Below are positions 1 to 8,890 of a stretch of DNA of 44,065 nt, piece by piece. The DNA is taken from positions 1 to 44,065 of the IMG/VR virus record IMGVR_UViG_3300032261_000019; one strand, given 5' to 3'. Each line of letters begins with the position of its first letter. Position 1 is the first letter of the stretch. The translations under genes and the position numbers were made by a program. The DNA is from a virus (taxonomy: Duplodnaviria > Caudoviricetes). The notes under the pieces were generated by a model. The model had not been told where the DNA came from, made no database searches, and saw only the letters and a program-made list of their open reading frames with translations.

Positions 1-146
1 GACGGCCAAGCCCACTGTGCCAGCGCAGGTTAGTGAGGGGCAGGAGCCGATATTCTGGTATCGACCAACATGCAATGGGGAGATGTACGAAGGCCCGGTG
101 CATACCAGTTCAGTGGGCGGCAAGATGCTGCGCGATGAAAAGCCAG
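1..146. repeat. Terminal direct repeat, left copy (circular/permuted assembly overlap)
   Basis: 1-146 matches 43920-44065 except G127 vs T44046; an ORF reads in frame across the join. Confidence 0.95.
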
Positions 147-346
147 ATGAATGGTTGCCCCTTTACGGCAAGACCACTGTGCCAGCGCAGTCTGTGCCGA
201 AAGATGTGTTCCATAAATTGGAACTAGCTTGCATTGCATCGTGCAAATGCATGACTAAAACTCCAGACCCGCAGTATCACGAAGAGTTTTGCAATTACCG
301 GTTGATTAAAGAGGCGCAAGCCCTGCTACAGGAGGTCGGGAAATGA
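2..346 (+). CDS. 3' part of the join-spanning accessory protein
   Basis: Continues the 43483 ORF; stop overlaps the next ATG (ATGA 343-346). Confidence 0.8.
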   Translation, partial: TAKPTVPAQVSEGQEPIFWYRPTCNGEMYEGPVHTSSVGGKMLRDEKPDEWLPLYGKTTVPAQSVPKDVFHKLELACIASCKCMTKTPDPQYHEEFCNYRLIKEAQALLQEVGK

Positions 347-774
347 CCCAACACAACATGAACGATGCAGACCGGGCGGCGTTTGAGGCATATGCAAAAC
401 GCGGGAATTTTCTAGGCAAAGACTCAACGGGGGAATATGTCGCGCCTGCTACCCGATGGATTTGCGCCGCTTGGCACGAAGCATTGGCCTACGCCCGCCA
501 GCAAGCCCCGGCCATCGGCACCACGTTGAAATTATCCGAACTGCTTCGCGGGCTGGAATGCGGCCCAGCAGCTGGCACGTTTGAACCAAGTCAATTATTT
601 TTGCTTGGGCAAGCCATTGCGGAGCAGGCAAAGAAAGCCCCAGCCATCGACGCCAAACAGATCAGGCACGAGGCGCTGGAAGAAGCGGCAGCAGCTATCG
701 ATAACTCCTTCGGCAGAGATAACTGGGGAAATTACTACGCGGAGAGGGTACGCGCCCTGATCGACAAGAAATAA
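343..774 (+). CDS. Hypothetical modular accessory protein
   Basis: 143-aa ORF, GGAGG upstream, ATGA coupling. Confidence 0.75.
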   Translation: MTQHNMNDADRAAFEAYAKRGNFLGKDSTGEYVAPATRWICAAWHEALAYARQQAPAIGTTLKLSELLRGLECGPAAGTFEPSQLFLLGQAIAEQAKKAPAIDAKQIRHEALEEAAAAIDNSFGRDNWGNYYAERVRALIDKK

Positions 775-778
775 ATTC

Positions 779-808
779 TTATAAAAACGTTATTAAAGTT
801 TTTATAGT
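779..808 (+). promoter_or_regulatory. Promoter-like site with palindromic operator (785-801) and -10 TATAGT (803-808)
   Basis: AAACGTTATTAAAGTTT followed by TATAGT in an intergenic gap. Confidence 0.65.
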
Positions 809-845
809 CACTCCTGATGTGACACAAATTAAACTGGAGTAAACC

Positions 846-1052
846 ATGACCCCTCTTGATTTTGCTGTAGAACATAATCTGTCGGCCCGAGCAGCCGTAA
901 TGATCAGCCTGATTATCTCCGGCGACTATGATGCACTGGCTACGATGCTCCCGACACCACGCGAATCGGCCTCCAGTCCCCGTTCCAACTTCGATTATGC
1001 CGAACGTAAACCCAATATCAATGGCACCTCCTATCAAGTGGATCAGACATGA
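846..1052 (+). CDS. Hypothetical protein
   Basis: GGAG RBS; 68 aa. Confidence 0.7.
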   Translation: MTPLDFAVEHNLSARAAVMISLIISGDYDALATMLPTPRESASSPRSNFDYAERKPNINGTSYQVDQT

Positions 1053-1228
1053 GCACCGAACGCGAAAAAGAACGGGCCGAAATCATGCGTCAAATTCAGG
1101 GTTATTACGCCGCGCTGGTGCCTGACCGAATCCGTGAAGCGGAGGCAGTCGGGCATGTGCTGGAAATGATCGGCAAGCGTGGGGATAAATCCAGAGCGGA
1201 GCACTGCCAGGAACGGGGGTTTAAATGA
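1049..1228 (+). CDS. Hypothetical protein (MSTEREKERAEIM..., 59 aa; below ORF-track cutoff)
   Basis: ATGA overlaps at both ends. Confidence 0.65.
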   Translation: MSTEREKERAEIMRQIQGYYAALVPDRIREAEAVGHVLEMIGKRGDKSRAEHCQERGFK

Positions 1229-1521
1229 TGATTATCGGTACATGTAATATATGCGCGGGCGCGGTGGTCAGTAAAACTTGCAACACGCCCGCGCACTGTC
1301 AGGATTGTGGGGCTGTATTAGCCACACCACACGGTCCGCTGCTGCCCATGCGCCGCCCTGTAGCCAGTCGGGGACGGGTGAATCTGACAGGGAGTAATCC
1401 ACCTGTTAATGAAACCGTTCATACGAAGCTTGACACAGCTGAACTTGTCCGCCGCTGCCGTATGAACGGTTTCACGGATGAGCAAATCCGCTGGGCTTTT
1501 CCGGGTATCGGAGATTTCTAG
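1225..1521 (+). CDS. Hypothetical Cys-rich (CxxC...CxxC) protein
   Basis: CNIC and CQDC pairs; translationally coupled. Confidence 0.65.
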   Translation: MMIIGTCNICAGAVVSKTCNTPAHCQDCGAVLATPHGPLLPMRRPVASRGRVNLTGSNPPVNETVHTKLDTAELVRRCRMNGFTDEQIRWAFPGIGDF

Positions 1522-1523
1522 CC

Positions 1524-1685
1524 ATGCGCTGTCGGAAACGTCGCATCAATGACCAGTGGCACTGTGCTCAGTGTGGTTTACAGTGGGATGTTTCCGACGT
1601 GGAAAAACCGCCATGTCGCCCGAAATCGAAACTCACGCCAGAGTATCTGCGGGCCATGGAAACGATACGGAGAAAACTGGGATGA
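1524..1685 (+). CDS. Small Cys-rich hypothetical protein (MRCRKRRINDQWHCAQCGLQWD...)
   Basis: 53 aa, GGAG upstream, ATGA overlap with next ORF. Confidence 0.6.
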   Translation: MRCRKRRINDQWHCAQCGLQWDVSDVEKPPCRPKSKLTPEYLRAMETIRRKLG

Positions 1686-1840
1686 AAGCAAGTTTGCCTA
1701 TCGTAACAGTCGTATGTCAGTGGGCGGCTAATTACGAACGCGACAGTTGGAAACAAGACTGTAAGTCGCAACACAATCACCGGGCGGGAAAGGATCTGTA
1801 TTTCTGCATCCATACCGGTACTACGGAGGAATCGCAATGA
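1682..1840 (+). CDS. Small hypothetical protein
   Basis: ATGA-coupled on both sides. Confidence 0.5.
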   Translation: MKASLPIVTVVCQWAANYERDSWKQDCKSQHNHRAGKDLYFCIHTGTTEESQ

Positions 1841-2019
1841 TCGGCGATAAACCCCTGACCGGGGCGGAACGGATGGCCCGCCATCGTCAGAAAACCCGCA
1901 AGCACCGCACTATCCGTGTAGCCCTGACACCTGAAGAACGCCGCTGCTTACGCAACAGCATGATGCTGTGTGACCGTGCCGAAACGTGGCCGGAACTCTT
2001 CGAAAAACTCAAGGATTAA
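1837..2019 (+). CDS. Small basic protein, possibly DNA-binding
   Basis: KPLTGAERMARHRQK basic helix. Confidence 0.6.
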   Translation: MIGDKPLTGAERMARHRQKTRKHRTIRVALTPEERRCLRNSMMLCDRAETWPELFEKLKD

Positions 2020-2024
2020 ACATC

Positions 2025-2342
2025 ATGAACGGTATCGAAATGTTGCGCCGTTGCGCGCGATTTGTACCCGGGGTTGTGGAAGAAGATAACCCTGGCGTCT
2101 CTCAGTTCGGAATAATCGAACGGACGCCTGAAGGTTCTGGTTATCTCACGCTCTGGAATCCTTTAAACAATCCCCATCAGGCGCTGGAGCTGGCCATCAT
2201 TAAGCAGGCAAAAATCTTTTTCGGTGAACTCGAAGTCACTGCGGAGTGCGATGGCTATCACTACCACACCGTCGCTTATAACGGCTCTCCTGCTGACGCT
2301 TTCTGTCGCGCTATCGTTACCGCTGTCGCCATGCTAGACTAA
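2025..2342 (+). CDS. Phage hypothetical protein (NinX-like)
   Basis: WNPL...ALELA and AFCRAIV motifs; AAGGA before ATG 2025. Confidence 0.6.
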   Translation: MNGIEMLRRCARFVPGVVEEDNPGVSQFGIIERTPEGSGYLTLWNPLNNPHQALELAIIKQAKIFFGELEVTAECDGYHYHTVAYNGSPADAFCRAIVTAVAMLD

Positions 2343-2374
2343 CCGGACCTGTCTGTATCGTTCCATCCCCCTGC

Positions 2375-2400
2375 GCCCGGCCTTGTGTCGGGCTTTTTTT
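2375..2400 (+). terminator. Rho-independent terminator
   Basis: GCCCGGC-cttgt-GTCGGGC followed by T7. Confidence 0.85.
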
Positions 2401-2417
2401 ATTCGTTATTAACGTTT
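2401..2417. promoter_or_regulatory. Palindromic operator-like site upstream of the primase
   Basis: ATTCGTTATTAACGTTT, variant of AAACGTTAWTAACGTTT. Confidence 0.55.
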
Positions 2418-2450
2418 AACATATCCGGACAACACGGAAGAGTTACAGAC

Positions 2451-5018
2451 ATGGTAAATACGCAACTACGTGCCGCTCTGGGCGGCATGGCGAACTATCC
2501 CCGTTTTTTCGTCTGGCGTATGAGCTGGGATAGCACGAAAAACAAATACGAAAAAATCCCGTGTTACCCCGATGGACGACCGCAGCGCATGGACGCCCAT
2601 GACGCCAGCAACTGGTTGACTCTCGACGATGCCAGCGTTGTTCTCGAATCCCTGCGCGGCCGTAACGACGGCTACGCCTACACGCTGGGCTGGATGCTCC
2701 GCGGCGATACGGGATACTGGTTTCTGGATATCGACCACTGCATAGACCCCGCCACCCGCCAGCTCAACACGCTGGCCCAGACTCTGGTCAACCGTTTCCC
2801 CGGCGCTTTCATGGAATATTCATCCAGCGGCGACGGACTTCACATCTTCGGGCATGGCTATACACCCCAGCACGGCTGCAAAAACCCTGATCATCAGCTG
2901 GAGCTGTATACCGATCTGCGTGGGGTGGCATTCGGTGAACCGGTCCACGGGCTGGTGTGGGGATCGGCAGACTCGCGCCATGACGTCGCGGTAGCTGCTC
3001 TGGTTAACGAATATTTCCCCGCCGGGCCAGAAGAAACTGTTTATACCGGTGATTTCGATAACGGCCCCCGCGATGACTGGCGTGGTCCGACTGATGATCA
3101 GGAATTAATACGCCGCGCACTGATGTCCCGCAGCGTCATGGGTGCTTATCAAGGCAAAGCCAGTTTTGCGGACCTGTGGCATCGTAATGTACCGGTGCTG
3201 GCGGCTAATTATCCCGGCGATGGCCCCGGCGGTATCGGTGAATCCGAAGCCGATGCGGCGCTTGCCCAGCATCTGGCATTCTGGACCGGATGTGACGCGG
3301 AGCGCATGGAACGCCTGATGCGTCAGTCCGCCATGTTCCGTGACAAGTGGGACGACCACCATACTTATCTGCGTGAATTCACGATTCATGGCGCCTGCGC
3401 CCGCCAGTCCGAGGTGTATGCCGAACGTGAAACCGTTCCAGTCCAGACCGCAACTCTCACTGCCCCGGAAATAGACCTGCAGGCCATCACGCAACGACTC
3501 ATGAATGCCGATGAGGAAGAATTACGCAACGTTGTGGTGCCCATGATCCGGGATATGCCCGGCATTGAACGGCTGGATCGTGACCGCCTGGCGCTGCTGC
3601 TGCGTGACCGCTTTAAAACCGTATTTTCCATCCCGGTGACGCTGGCTGACTGCCGGGCGATGCTACGTCGCAAATTAACAAATTCGGAACAGTACGAACA
3701 TGTGCCGGGCTGGGCGACCAGTCACGTTTATGTGCTGGATGAGGATGTGTTTTACAGTCTGGAACAAGGCGCGGTACTGAGCCGCACGGCATTCAATGCG
3801 AAATACAACCGTCTGATGCCAGTAAAAGATTCAGGGCTGCGGGAGGATGCGGCACGTTTCTGCCTGGAACACTGGAACATGACCACCGTAGACGGGTTGC
3901 TGTATGCACCCGGGCGTGAGCCGATCTTCGAGTATGACGGTCGAACCTACGCCAATGAGTTTACTGAAGCGTCATTGCCTGAGCCTGCGTTTACATGGAC
4001 GGAACAGGGGGTAGCAGGTATCGAGGCGTTCAAACGCAACCTGTGGGCATTGTGTGGGCAACGGGAGGTTGTTTATTACGGCTTGCTGGCCTGGATGGCC
4101 ACAACGATCCAGCGGCCTGACTGCAAGATTCTGCATGCGCCCCTGATCAAGGGTGTAATGGGTGACGGCAAGACGATCATCGCCGACATTCTCCACGCAG
4201 CGGGTGGCGGCCGGAATATCAGGCGCGTGAATACAGAAATCCTGTCCAGCTCATCCGGGTTTACAGGCTGGGCTGCCGGGCGTCGGCTGATTGCAATTGA
4301 AGAAATTCACCTGACCGGCAAGGACCGCTATCGCATTTATAAAATGCTGCACCCCTACATCACCAATCGTCATGTCACTATCCATCCCAAGGGCGGTGAA
4401 GCCTACGATACGCCCAACACCGCCAATTACATTGCATTTACCAATCATAACGACGCTTTACCGCTGGAAGATGATGACCGGCGATGGTGGGTGATATTCA
4501 GCCCCTTCATGTCATTCATGGAACTGGCGGCAGCCCTTGGACTCGATCGGGAGGGACTGGAAGCCCATTTTGGTACGATCCATGACAGTATTTCCCAGTG
4601 TGCCGGAGAGTGGCGCCGCTGGTTGCTGGAGATGCCCGTCCCGGCCTGGTTTAAACCAAAGGCTCACGCGCCGATGACGGACGAAAAGAAACGCATGATG
4701 CTGTCGGGCATGGATGAGACTGAAATGATGGCTCGTGATGTGATTGAACGTGGCGGCTATGGTATCAGTCGTGAAATTGTATCTTCAGCATGTCTCAGCA
4801 ATACGCTGCGATTGCTCACTGCCGCCGAAGGTGTGGATGTTCCTCAAGGACGTAATCTCAGCCACATGATGAACCGGATCGGTTACGTTTCAGCAGGCCC
4901 CGTGTGGTGGGATGGCAAGACTCATCGGGTGTGGATAGCTGAAAATTTATCGGTAAATACAGAAAATATAAAGAATTTACTGGAGAAAACCCGCATTACA
5001 GTTGTTTCGCAACTGTAA
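2451..5018 (+). CDS. Primase-polymerase / SF3 helicase fusion (NrS-1 polymerase-like)
   Basis: AEP motifs FLDIDHC and SSSGDGLHIF; helix-bundle motif SEADAALAQHLAFWTGCD; Walker A GVMGDGKT and IAIEEI. ATG 2451 is preferred because the ORF-track start lies inside the terminator. Confidence 0.9.
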   Translation: MVNTQLRAALGGMANYPRFFVWRMSWDSTKNKYEKIPCYPDGRPQRMDAHDASNWLTLDDASVVLESLRGRNDGYAYTLGWMLRGDTGYWFLDIDHCIDPATRQLNTLAQTLVNRFPGAFMEYSSSGDGLHIFGHGYTPQHGCKNPDHQLELYTDLRGVAFGEPVHGLVWGSADSRHDVAVAALVNEYFPAGPEETVYTGDFDNGPRDDWRGPTDDQELIRRALMSRSVMGAYQGKASFADLWHRNVPVLAANYPGDGPGGIGESEADAALAQHLAFWTGCDAERMERLMRQSAMFRDKWDDHHTYLREFTIHGACARQSEVYAERETVPVQTATLTAPEIDLQAITQRLMNADEEELRNVVVPMIRDMPGIERLDRDRLALLLRDRFKTVFSIPVTLADCRAMLRRKLTNSEQYEHVPGWATSHVYVLDEDVFYSLEQGAVLSRTAFNAKYNRLMPVKDSGLREDAARFCLEHWNMTTVDGLLYAPGREPIFEYDGRTYANEFTEASLPEPAFTWTEQGVAGIEAFKRNLWALCGQREVVYYGLLAWMATTIQRPDCKILHAPLIKGVMGDGKTIIADILHAAGGGRNIRRVNTEILSSSSGFTGWAAGRRLIAIEEIHLTGKDRYRIYKMLHPYITNRHVTIHPKGGEAYDTPNTANYIAFTNHNDALPLEDDDRRWWVIFSPFMSFMELAAALGLDREGLEAHFGTIHDSISQCAGEWRRWLLEMPVPAWFKPKAHAPMTDEKKRMMLSGMDETEMMARDVIERGGYGISREIVSSACLSNTLRLLTAAEGVDVPQGRNLSHMMNRIGYVSAGPVWWDGKTHRVWIAENLSVNTENIKNLLEKTRITVVSQL

Positions 5019-5286
5019 TGAAATTCCATTACAGCATTACAGTTAGACCACAACTGTAATGCCAACTGTAATGCACGCAAACCCTTGTTTATACTACCTT
5101 TTTTCTATTTTCATTACAGTATTACAGTAAAAGGGTATAAATCGTATGGCTGGAGATTACGTGTGAAATACGTGTTTATAATTATGCATAATTATGGACG
5201 GTCGTTTTTAGGGGATGAGTGGTAGGCAACACAGAGAATCTGGCAGAGAGAATAGAAAAGCATCTGTAATGTAATCAACTGTAATG
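4994..5286. repeat. Putative replication origin: ~10 CATTACAG/CTGTAATG iteron-like repeats in both orientations around an AT-rich core
   Basis: Copies at 4994, 5013, 5027, 5035, 5054, 5066, 5112, 5120 (variant), 5264, 5279; perfect palindrome ATAATTATGCATAATTAT at 5178-5195. Confidence 0.7.
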
Positions 5287-5316
5287 CCGCTTTTATAAAT
5301 TATGGAGTGTGAAATT

Positions 5317-5586
5317 ATGGCTATTTTGAACGTAACCGCGAACGGCAGTACCTTGGTCAAAGCGAGTCAAGGTACGCTCATGTGCGTGCTGATCGGGGTG
5401 CCCGGGTCCGCTACGACTCTGGCGATTTATGATGGCACCAGCGCGGCGGGCAAGTTGCTGGCTACCATCAACACCGCACCCGCCGGGGCTGTAGCTATGT
5501 CCCAGCTGGGTCTGACTTTCACCAACGGGCTGTTTGTTGTGGCAGCGGGCACAACGCCGGCTAATCTGACCCTGATTTATCAGTAA
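5317..5586 (+). CDS. Small beta-rich protein, probably virion-associated; paralog of 15722..16093
   Basis: GGAG RBS; LNV.A..T.VK..QG pattern shared with the 15722 ORF. Confidence 0.7.
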   Translation: MAILNVTANGSTLVKASQGTLMCVLIGVPGSATTLAIYDGTSAAGKLLATINTAPAGAVAMSQLGLTFTNGLFVVAAGTTPANLTLIYQ

Positions 5587-5604
5587 TTTAAGGAGTTATA
5601 AATT

Positions 5605-6195
5605 ATGGGGCGCAAAAGCAAGTTATCTCCGGCCCAGTGGGAGGAAGTGAAGCGCCAGCACTATGTGCATGGTCAGTCCGTATATTCACTGGCGAAAGAA
5701 TATGGACTGACCTCCAAATCCATCTGGATGTACTTTAGAAAACAACTAGATGCAGCATCGGATGCGATGGATCGTGGGGAAATAGTGGACAAATCCGCGC
5801 CCAATGGTTCCGCAAAATCGCTTACGCATAAAGAAATTATTCATACTGCTGCTGTAAAGATATCGCAATTTACTCAGTCAGAATTGGGTCTGGCCGAGGA
5901 TGATCAGCGTATTGCGCTCGAATTAGCCAATGTGATGAACCGTACACGAGAGGGTTTGTCTGTTGTAGCTGACAACAATGTGTACATCGCACGACTCATT
6001 TCAACAGCGGCTAAAAAGGTTTCAGTTAACCTTATTACGCCAGACGGGCTTATTGATATGGACCTTCTCAAGCAGCTGGCCGCCATGATCGATGTTACCA
6101 ACCGGGCCAGTAGTATCGGGATTGAGGCTGTGAAGAGTGATAAAACCCCCGTCCAGCAAGAGCCAGTGCAAATCACTGGCGGGTTGCCTGACTGA
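5605..6195 (+). CDS. terS: Terminase small subunit
   Basis: N-terminal HTH-like segment (MGRKSKLS...SLAKEYGL), C-terminal ITGGLPD; directly upstream of TerL. Confidence 0.75.
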   Translation: MGRKSKLSPAQWEEVKRQHYVHGQSVYSLAKEYGLTSKSIWMYFRKQLDAASDAMDRGEIVDKSAPNGSAKSLTHKEIIHTAAVKISQFTQSELGLAEDDQRIALELANVMNRTREGLSVVADNNVYIARLISTAAKKVSVNLITPDGLIDMDLLKQLAAMIDVTNRASSIGIEAVKSDKTPVQQEPVQITGGLPD

Positions 6196-7466
6196 TGCCT
6201 ATCGTCGCACTCCCCACCCTTCACCCCGGCCAGGTCGCTGCATACAAACAGCGCACCCGATTCAATGTCATTCGCTGCGGCCGTCGCTGGGGTAAAACCG
6301 ATATGGCCATCACGCTATCTGGCGATGCGTGCACCAAGGGGCGCAATGTCGGATGGTTCACCCCGGATTATAAAATCCAGTCTGAGGCGTACCGGGACTT
6401 GCACGCAATCATTGATCCAGTCGTTAAATCATCCAGCAAGAATGACGGCGTGATTCATACGATAACCAGCGGCCGTGTGGATTTCTGGACCCTGGAAAAT
6501 GAACGCGCCGGTCGGTCACGGAAATATCATCGCGTCATTATTGATGAAGCCGCGTTCACCAAAGACAACATGATGGAAATATGGGAACGCTCGATAGAGC
6601 CGACCCTGCTGGATTTCAATGGGGATGTGTGGGTGTTGTCCACACCGAATGGCATCAGTGAAGAGAATTTTTTCTGGCGTGTCTGTAACGATCCGAAGAT
6701 GGGATTTACTGAGTATTACGCCCCTACATCGCAAAATCCGTACATGTCCGCTGCGGCGATTGAGGAGTTGCGCCAGAAACGTGAGCCCCGGGTTTTCGCG
6801 CAGGAATATGAAGCGAAGTTTGTAGACTGGTCCGGCGCTGCGTTTTTCTCAGCAGAAAAAATGCTGGTCAATGGGCAAGGCGTACCATGGCCAGATAAAT
6901 GTGACACGGTTTACGCAGTGATTGATACGGCTCTAAAAACAGGCACCGAGAATGACGGCACTGCGGTAACCTATTTTGCGCTGAATACGCTCTGGGGAAT
7001 TCCGCTGACCGTACTGGATTGGGATATTGTGCAGATCGAAGGTGGCAGTCTGGAGGAGTGGTTACCCTCAGTACATGAGCGCCTGAATTATCTGGCCGAT
7101 GTTTGCAAAGCCCGACATGGTCCAACGGGTATGCACATTGAAGACAAAAACTCCGGCACCGTATTGCTCCAGAAGGGTCTGGCGCGCAATTGGCCGGTAC
7201 ATCCGATCGACAGCAAATTAACCGCAATGGGCAAGGATGGCCGGGCGCTGAATATCTCCGATCATGTATACCAGGGCAAGGTTAAAATATCCGCGTATGC
7301 CTATGATAAGATCACGACTTACAAGGGCATGGCGCGCAACCATTTCATCAGTCAGGTGTGCGGCTACAAACTGGCGGACAAAGAGGCGGCGAAACGAGCC
7401 GATGATCTGGCCGATACGTTTACATGCGGTGTGGCCATCGGGCTGGGGAATAGTGAGGGTTCGTAA
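6195..7466 (+). CDS. terL: Terminase large subunit
   Basis: Walker A CGRRWGKT, Walker B VIIDEAA, STP coupling motif, nuclease acidic residues IDTA and DDLAD. Confidence 0.95.
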   Translation: MPIVALPTLHPGQVAAYKQRTRFNVIRCGRRWGKTDMAITLSGDACTKGRNVGWFTPDYKIQSEAYRDLHAIIDPVVKSSSKNDGVIHTITSGRVDFWTLENERAGRSRKYHRVIIDEAAFTKDNMMEIWERSIEPTLLDFNGDVWVLSTPNGISEENFFWRVCNDPKMGFTEYYAPTSQNPYMSAAAIEELRQKREPRVFAQEYEAKFVDWSGAAFFSAEKMLVNGQGVPWPDKCDTVYAVIDTALKTGTENDGTAVTYFALNTLWGIPLTVLDWDIVQIEGGSLEEWLPSVHERLNYLADVCKARHGPTGMHIEDKNSGTVLLQKGLARNWPVHPIDSKLTAMGKDGRALNISDHVYQGKVKISAYAYDKITTYKGMARNHFISQVCGYKLADKEAAKRADDLADTFTCGVAIGLGNSEGS

Positions 7467-8885
7467 ATGACAGTAACCAGTACCATTGACGTAACTGGCG
7501 CCGGCACCGGCACCGCCTTGATGACCATGCTTAATGCTGGTGATATCGAGCCCGGCAGTGATGTGTCGTATCAGCTGTGCAAGGTGATTTATCTGTATCA
7601 CCCGCTGGGCGGAAAGATGGTGGACCGCCCGATTAAAATTGCCCAGTCGCAAGGTCGTGATATCGCAATCCCAGACGGTCCTGAAGAGCTGGCCCGTGAC
7701 GCATTCGAGCGTGAGTGGAAGCAGCTGAAGTGCGATGAACATATCGCAAACGCCATGCGTACCGCGCGCATCTATGGTATCGGTTCGCTGGCTTACGGTG
7801 CGCCCAACATCCCCACCAACGAGCCGATCGATCCGTTCACCCTTCCTGATCTGGATATCTATTTTTCCACGTTCGACCCATTGAATACCGCCGGGTCACT
7901 GGTGCTGGACCAGAACCCGAATGCGCCTGATTTCCAGAAGGTAGTGAGCATCACCGCCGGGGGCCAGCCTTATCACCGGAGTCGTGCGTGCGTCGTGATG
8001 AACGAGGCACCCGTATATATCGCATACAGCAATAGCGCTTTCGGTTTTGTGGGGCGCTCTGTGTATCAGCGCGCCTTGTTCCCCATGAAGTCGTATATCC
8101 AGACCATGATTACGGACGATCTGGTATCGCTGAAAGCCGGCATGATTGTGGCAAAGATCAAGCAGGCCGGATCAATCGTGAATAACCTGATGCAGAAAGC
8201 AACGGCACTCAAGCGCAGTCTGCTGCAACAGGGCACCACAGGAAACGTGCTGAGTATCGACCCGGCTGAAGATATCCAGACCCTTGATTTGACGAACGTC
8301 AATCAAGCAATGTCGGCCAGCCGCAGCAACATTCAGGATAACATCGCCGCTGCTGCAGACATGCCAGCTGGCATCCTGAAGGATGAAGCGTTTGCCGAAG
8401 GGTTTGCTGACGGTACTGAGGATGCCAAGCGTCAGGCCATGTTTATCGATGAGATTCGCAACTGGGCCACGCCGCTTTACGAGTTCATGGATCAGATCGT
8501 CATGTATCGCGCGTGGAACAAGGCGTTCTATGCATCCTGCAAGGAAAAATTTCCTGAAGCATACGGGAAGATGAGTTACGAAGCGTTTTTCCAGATGCTT
8601 CGTAACTCGTTTACCGCGCAGTGGCCCAGCTTGCTGACCGAACCCGAATCCGAAAAGATCAAGGTTGATGAAGTAAAACTAAAATCCATCATTGCCATGC
8701 TGGAAATTCTGATGCCCCAGATTGATCCGTTGAACAAGGCGGAGGTCATCATGTGGGCTCAGGACAACCTGAACGAAAATAAATTACTGTTTACCAACCC
8801 GCTGGAACTGGATTTCGATGCGCTGAAAAATTATGTTCCACCTGAGCCGCCCCCGATGCCGGGTGAGCCGAATATTAACCGGTGA
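7467..8885 (+). CDS. Portal protein (DUF1073-like)
   Basis: Follows TerL; 472 aa; ARIYG and HRSR motifs. Confidence 0.85.
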   Translation: MTVTSTIDVTGAGTGTALMTMLNAGDIEPGSDVSYQLCKVIYLYHPLGGKMVDRPIKIAQSQGRDIAIPDGPEELARDAFEREWKQLKCDEHIANAMRTARIYGIGSLAYGAPNIPTNEPIDPFTLPDLDIYFSTFDPLNTAGSLVLDQNPNAPDFQKVVSITAGGQPYHRSRACVVMNEAPVYIAYSNSAFGFVGRSVYQRALFPMKSYIQTMITDDLVSLKAGMIVAKIKQAGSIVNNLMQKATALKRSLLQQGTTGNVLSIDPAEDIQTLDLTNVNQAMSASRSNIQDNIAAAADMPAGILKDEAFAEGFADGTEDAKRQAMFIDEIRNWATPLYEFMDQIVMYRAWNKAFYASCKEKFPEAYGKMSYEAFFQMLRNSFTAQWPSLLTEPESEKIKVDEVKLKSIIAMLEILMPQIDPLNKAEVIMWAQDNLNENKLLFTNPLELDFDALKNYVPPEPPPMPGEPNINR

Positions 8886-8890
8886 TCCTG

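Noticed and set aside
1-146. Terminal repeat as a true physical DTR or att site
   Set aside because: It falls mid-gene and no integrase is present; an assembly overlap of a circular/permuted genome is simpler.
2385-2450. ORF-track N-terminal extension of the primase
   Set aside because: It starts inside a terminator and operator; ATG 2451 is more plausible.
4994-5286. CRISPR-like mini-array
   Set aside because: Repeats are only 8-11 nt, in both orientations, with irregular spacing; no cas operon.
7467-8885. Anti-CBASS Acb1 label sometimes attached to DUF1073 proteins
   Set aside because: No paired HxT phosphodiesterase motifs were seen; position and size indicate a portal.
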